Shown here: positions 59,663 to 64,000 of the stretch, in pieces
How positions within the stretch are numbered: the stretch's first letter is position 1
Layout: each line of letters begins with the position of its first letter
Assembly: GCA_963663475.2 (NCBI GenBank)
Contig: CAXXJV010000001.1
Span: forward strand, 1,696,001-1,760,000
Source: Candidatus Cloacimonadales bacterium
GTDB lineage: Bacteria; Cloacimonadota; Cloacimonadia; Cloacimonadales; JAFGVF01
Length of the DNA: 64,000 nucleotides
Direction: 5' to 3'
The notes under the pieces: generated by a model
What the model was told of the DNA's origin: nothing
Seen by the model: only the letters and a program-made list of their open reading frames with translations
Database searches by the model: none
Program-made: the position numbers and the translations under genes

Positions 59663-59966
59663 CGAACTAAATGTATTATTAGGATAGGAGTGTAAATCTG
59701 TCAATATAAAATAAAAAACTACCAAATATAAATAAGAATGTAAAGTAAAAAAGTAATAACTGCTAGGAAATACTCTAGCTGAAATTATATTTTTTCTATA
59801 TGAGGAGATTTATTATATAAGTAATAAGAGCTATCAGTCATTTTGTGAAAATAAGAATCTCCAAAATGACAAAGAAATTAGATTATCCAATTTGTTTGAT
59901 TAAATTTGCTGAATTTTCTAAAACTTTCTTATCTTTCTTTACGGTCTATTGGGCATCAATTAGGCA

Positions 59967-60134
59967 TTAACCCCAATAATGCAGTAGACCTTTGTGAATA
60001 GCAGAATATTCTTCTGCAAAAGTAAGATCCATAAATTCTCCGAATATATAAATTATATGCGTCAAAATTTTGTAAACTATTTTGCTAGAATAATCTGCAC
60101 TCTTCACTAAAGCTCTACTACACTATCTGGGATT
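59967..60134 (+). mobile_element. Family C element
   Basis: TTAACCCCAATAATGCAGTAGA...TCTACTACACTATCTGGGATT. Confidence 0.8.
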
Positions 60135-60147
60135 ATAGATCTAAATC

Positions 60148-60351
60148 TTATTTCTCTACATCATATCCAGCATTCTCAATAGCCTCAATTAAAGTTTCAG
60201 CAGGTATATCTCCTTTAATTTTTACCTCTTTTTTCTTAAGATTGAACTTAAGGTCTTTAACTCCCTCAATATTTTCCAATGCCTTGGTAATAGTAGCTAC
60301 ACAGTGATTACAGTTCATATTTAGAACTTTAAATTTGTTAGTTTTAGTCAT
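60148..60351 (-). CDS. copZ: Copper chaperone (HMA domain)
   Basis: MNCNHC; AIENAGY. Confidence 0.85.
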   Translation of the reverse strand: MTKTNKFKVLNMNCNHCVATITKALENIEGVKDLKFNLKKKEVKIKGDIPAETLIEAIENAGYDVEK

Positions 60352-60393
60352 TTTTTTTCTCACTTATTTATTTTATTTGATTTTTAACCCAAA

Positions 60394-61461
60394 TTATGTA
60401 CTTTTAAAGCTCAACTTTAGTTTTCTGCCTAGATATTTACTTAAAGATAAAAGGAAGAAAATTGAAAAGATTATGGTAAGACTTATAAGCCACCAAGAAA
60501 GCTGATCATGTCCTTCTACTATTTCCAATGTCTTAGGGCTAGCATAATTGGTGAGCTGGTAGATATAGTTTATAATATAGCCACCAATAATACCTGTTAC
60601 AGTTATAACTGCTAGATAGATTAGAATAATCTTTTTTCCCATACTCCTAGCAATCAGGGTTATAGTCGCAATATTTGTGGCAGGACCCACCACTAAAAAA
60701 ACAAAAATGGCTCCTGGAAGAAGTCCTTTGCTAAAGAGAGCTAAGGCAATGGGAAGAGAGCTGGTATCGCAAACATAAAGCGGTATTCCTAACAATAAAA
60801 TCACTAAGATTTGCAGAAAATAATTTCCTGCAACATAAGCAAACATTGTATTAGGAATTATTGAAATAAATCCAGCTAAGATTATACCAAGCAGAAGTTG
60901 GGGAGCTAAATCATCCAAAAATTCTATGTAAGAATAGTGGAAAAACTCAGCAAATCTGTTTCTTTTACTAGCTTTATCTTCATGATCAGAACATGTTGAA
61001 CAGCATCCTGAGGAACAAGTAGGGTTTGCTTTAAGAAAATGCTTATCATCTTCTTGATTAGAAAAAAGGTCAGTAACAAAACCACCAATAATCCCTGAAA
61101 AAAGAGCGTATATGGGCTTAAAAATTGCAAAAATTGGGCCTAGCATAGCGTAAGTGGGGACTATGTTGTCTATACCAGTTTGAGGTGTAGATATTAAAAA
61201 AGAGACTGTTGCTCCTGATGAAGCACCACTTTTCTTTAACTGAAAAGCTGTTGGAATTACTCCACAAGAGCAGAGGGGCATAGGAACCCCTAATAAAGAA
61301 GCTTTGACAGATGACCAAAGACCTTTTTTCCCTAAGTATTTAGTAATGAACTCTGTGCCTATGAAAATATGCAAGATACCTGCAAAAGTTAAACCAATGA
61401 ATAAATAGGGGGCTATTGATAAATAGACCTCATAGATTGCCACAAGAATATTTTTTATCAC
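60394..61461 (-). CDS. DUF318/ArsP-like permease (putative metal efflux)
   Basis: PLCSCGVIP, FLISTP, PLYVC, GPATN; Cys/His loop CSSGCCSTCSDH. Confidence 0.85.
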   Translation of the reverse strand: MIKNILVAIYEVYLSIAPYLFIGLTFAGILHIFIGTEFITKYLGKKGLWSSVKASLLGVPMPLCSCGVIPTAFQLKKSGASSGATVSFLISTPQTGIDNIVPTYAMLGPIFAIFKPIYALFSGIIGGFVTDLFSNQEDDKHFLKANPTCSSGCCSTCSDHEDKASKRNRFAEFFHYSYIEFLDDLAPQLLLGIILAGFISIIPNTMFAYVAGNYFLQILVILLLGIPLYVCDTSSLPIALALFSKGLLPGAIFVFLVVGPATNIATITLIARSMGKKIILIYLAVITVTGIIGGYIINYIYQLTNYASPKTLEIVEGHDQLSWWLISLTIIFSIFFLLSLSKYLGRKLKLSFKST

Positions 61462-61750
61462 TTAAGTACTCCATTTATATTTACTTATAATAGAATATTA
61501 AGAAGATGTAAGTTAGCAAATATTTTTTACAAGATGATTTTGATTTATCTAAATAATGAATATACTTTTGGCAATATTATCAAAAAGTTCAGATGTTGAG
61601 ACTGTTTAACCCAATAATGCACACTATCTGGGATATGCTAGCCAAAGCTTTATCTTAACCCTGGAAGGGAGAAATTATTATTTTTTTTGCCAGCCCCTTA
61701 ACTAAGGTTGAGGAAGATCGGTCTTATCAATACCCTTATCATCCATAATC

Positions 61751-61909
61751 CTTCCTTTACAGTCTTTCGATGAAAGTCCCAGTTTCATCGAAAGACTGTA
61801 AAGGAAGAATTAAGGATGGATAGAGAAAGATTAGGGTCTATCCCCTTTCAGCTCGTAAGAGCGGTATGAGAGGGGTGCCGTAAGGCGGGGAGAGTAAATC
61901 CCCTTTCAG
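61751..61909 (+). repeat. Family E hairpin followed by one full and one interrupted family-A REP
   Basis: 25-bp IR 61751-61807; REP-A 61840-61895; ATCCCCTTTCAG 61898-61909 abuts the IS21 end. Confidence 0.9.
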
Positions 61910-61979
61910 TGTCAATAGCAGTTTAAATTGGTACAGTTTTGGCAGTTTAAAATGGTACACTATTGTAAATCATATTTCC

Positions 61980-62708
61980 TTATAGTTTTCCTTTCATTCT
62001 ATAACTATTTCCATCTATTAGAACTGTTTCTGCATGATGAACTAATCTATCTACTATAGCAGTAGTTATTACATTATCTCCAAAGGATTCTCCCCACTCT
62101 TGGAATAGCCTATTAGAGGTAATGATAATAGACCTATATTCATATAACTCATTTATTAGCTTAAAAAATAAACTCGCATTTACTGCCTTAATAGGAAGAT
62201 AGCCTATCTCATCAATAATAATAAGATCATTTTTTACTAACTTTGAAATCCATTTTTTGAAGTTATTTTCTACATTAGCAATAATCATTTCATCAATTAG
62301 GTCATTCATATTGTAAAAAATAACTTTATATCCTTTTAAGATAGCTTCATATCCTAAAGCTATAGATATATGAGTTTTACCTACACCAGGAGGACCCATT
62401 AATATTTTGTTTTCTCTGTTATCTATCCAAGTAAAGTCCTTCCACTCAGTAATCATTCTTTTAGTTATTGAATGCTGATATTTAAAATCAAAATCATCAA
62501 AACTTTTCAAAAGAGGAAATTTTGACCTTCTAATCTGTAAATTTATCATCGTTTGATTTCTACTATTGCATTCATTATCAATTACATATGAAAGAAAATT
62601 CATATAAGATAACTGATTATCTTGTGCATATTTAAGATATGATTCTAAATTATTAATAGTATGCCTGCATCTTAGTCTAAATAGATTTTTCTTTAATGTT
62701 TCGATCAT
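61980..62708 (-). CDS. istB: IS21 helper ATPase IstB
   Basis: GPPGVGKTH, IIDEIGY, ITSN, W, DRLVHH, GNSYR. Confidence 0.96.
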   Translation of the reverse strand: MIETLKKNLFRLRCRHTINNLESYLKYAQDNQLSYMNFLSYVIDNECNSRNQTMINLQIRRSKFPLLKSFDDFDFKYQHSITKRMITEWKDFTWIDNRENKILMGPPGVGKTHISIALGYEAILKGYKVIFYNMNDLIDEMIIANVENNFKKWISKLVKNDLIIIDEIGYLPIKAVNASLFFKLINELYEYRSIIITSNRLFQEWGESFGDNVITTAIVDRLVHHAETVLIDGNSYRMKGKL

Positions 62709-64000
62709 TTTTTTACCACCTTATTATAAATTGATAAATCTCTCTGTATAACTGATTTTTTTGTTTCTATTATCCCATTGACTTGATTTTGATAGTTAGC
62801 AGATAACTTATTGCCTTTTATCTCTTCTTTGACTATAGACTCTATCTTTGTTGCTTTTATATCTTCTAATTCTAGTGCTTTAGAAATTATGTTTGACCAA
62901 TTTAAGTATTTATTTTTATTATACATTTTTAAAAATGCTAATAGTTGCTCTCTGGGATTTCTGTGATTATGTGCTATGAGTAAATTTAATAAAAGGATTA
63001 TCTTGTCATTATTGGGGAATAGTGAGCAAATATCTTCCTTTATATTATTAATTGTTTTCGAGTAGTCTATGTAATGACATTGAGATATGATAGGTTTTGT
63101 TCTTTCTCTGGAAATCCTATGAGATGCAACTTTTTTTCTACTATTCCTATCTATTATTTCTAAAGTGTCTTCATTTTCTTTAACTATAACTATCTTTTGT
63201 TGATAGATATAAGGAACTGAATATTTGTTACCATTCCATGAGATAAGACCTGTTTTATCTACTTTTCGTGTCTCTGCAATATTCAGGTTATATCTTCTTA
63301 ATAGTTTTTCTTCTTCTTTAAACATTACTATAGGTCTTTCTCTAAGCGTACTGTGGATACGATTATTTACTTCTTCTAACCAGCTTTTTGATTTCAACTT
63401 AACTTCAGATAAACTAGTAAATACTTCACCATCAAGAAAATCATACTTAACTTCTTGAACTTGTCTTTCTACCAACCCTTTACTTTCAGGATCATAACCT
63501 TCACAAACATAAGGACTTATTGTTAGATTATTCATAAATTGAAAAAACTTATTATTATAAGTTACTTCTCGATAAATCTCCTTTATAACGACTAGTTTTG
63601 TTTGATCATAAACCATTGTCTCTGGGATATATCCAAAATATTCAAAGCAATCTTTATGGGCTTGGATGAAGTCTTGAGTCTTATAAGGTCTTGTTTGAAA
63701 ATGTACATATTTCATTCGTGAATAGCAATAGCTAAACACACAAAAGTATATTTTTAACTTGCTCTTATCAGATAAATAGATATTATACTCTCCGGGATCA
63801 ACCTGCATCTGATTTCCTGGTTCATAATTGACAACTCGATAATAACGCTTAGTTGGTTGTATTAAATTATTTTTTATTTTTTTTGAAAAATTAAAAAAAG
63901 CTCTTTGTTTTACAGGTAATTTTCCATGCTGTTTGGATAATTTACGATATAATTTACTTAATCGCATATTAGGAAATTTTGTTAAATGTTTGCTAATTTC
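62705..64000 (-). CDS. istA: IS21 transposase IstA (5' part outside the window)
   Basis: PGNQMQVD, YSR, VYDQ, PESKGLVE, RIHST, YSVP; frame stays open from 63967 to the window end. Confidence 0.95.
   Translation of the reverse strand, partial: EISKHLTKFPNMRLSKLYRKLSKQHGKLPVKQRAFFNFSKKIKNNLIQPTKRYYRVVNYEPGNQMQVDPGEYNIYLSDKSKLKIYFCVFSYCYSRMKYVHFQTRPYKTQDFIQAHKDCFEYFGYIPETMVYDQTKLVVIKEIYREVTYNNKFFQFMNNLTISPYVCEGYDPESKGLVERQVQEVKYDFLDGEVFTSLSEVKLKSKSWLEEVNNRIHSTLRERPIVMFKEEEKLLRRYNLNIAETRKVDKTGLISWNGNKYSVPYIYQQKIVIVKENEDTLEIIDRNSRKKVASHRISRERTKPIISQCHYIDYSKTINNIKEDICSLFPNNDKIILLLNLLIAHNHRNPREQLLAFLKMYNKNKYLNWSNIISKALELEDIKATKIESIVKEEIKGNKLSANYQNQVNGIIETKKSVIQRDLSIYNKVVKK

Larger units (their letters stand above)
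61910..64000 (-). mobile_element. IS21-family insertion sequence (other end outside the window)
   Basis: Terminal TGTCAA at 61910 with GCAGTTTAAA(T/A)TGGTACA twice (61918-35, 61942-59); overlapping istA/istB. Confidence 0.95.

Noticed and set aside
35755-60134. Family C elements as integron attC sites
   Set aside because: AAC...GTT ends, co-orientation and better bottom-strand folding are suggestive. However, RYYYAAC/GTTRRRY boxes are not consistently met, copies are scattered among core operons rather than one per cassette, and no integrase is in the window.
9176-63458. Numerous 60-85 aa ORFs antisense to or nested in annotated genes
   Set aside because: They overlap well-supported genes, lack RBS or motifs, and are expected shadows.
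57766-64000. tRNA-anchored genomic island or prophage
   Set aside because: No integrase, phage genes or duplicated tRNA 3' end seen in the window.

Overview
AT-rich bacterial chromosome segment from a diderm anaerobe. The many secreted proteins with a C-terminal FlgD-Ig/T9SS-like tail (YPNPFNP...IYNLKGQ) and the TPR-type sigma-54 activator suggest Cloacimonadota or an FCB-group relative (inference). Most of the window is housekeeping: pyk-coaE-folP, tonB/exbD/exbB, add, infC-rpmI-rplT-pheS-pheT-zapB-zapA-6S RNA-rny-ymdB-folD, pepP-coaD-dnaB-mlaE-trmL-ltaE, four tRNAs, copper genes, and an IS21 at the right edge. Three things stand out. (1) A six-gene operon (53420-57185) encodes four 2x[4Fe-4S] ferredoxin-fold proteins, all with Sec-type (non-Tat) export signals; one is a lipoprotein and one has a surface-sorting tail. 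An outer-membrane beta-barrel and a DsbD_2-like membrane protein follow, and a related NapH-like plus exported-ferredoxin pair lies at 33837-34957. This is a candidate cytochrome-free trans-envelope redox or metal-handling system. (2) A DUF559/Vsr-like nuclease pseudogene, missed by the ORF track, sits exactly between inverted 57-bp REP-like hairpins in a RAYT-like arrangement; the same repeat is tandemly amplified nearby and interrupted by the IS21. (3) At least six other intergenic hairpin/MITE families are present, some nested. No CRISPR array, rRNA, reverse transcriptase or prophage was seen. All assignments come from motif recognition by eye; no searches were run.
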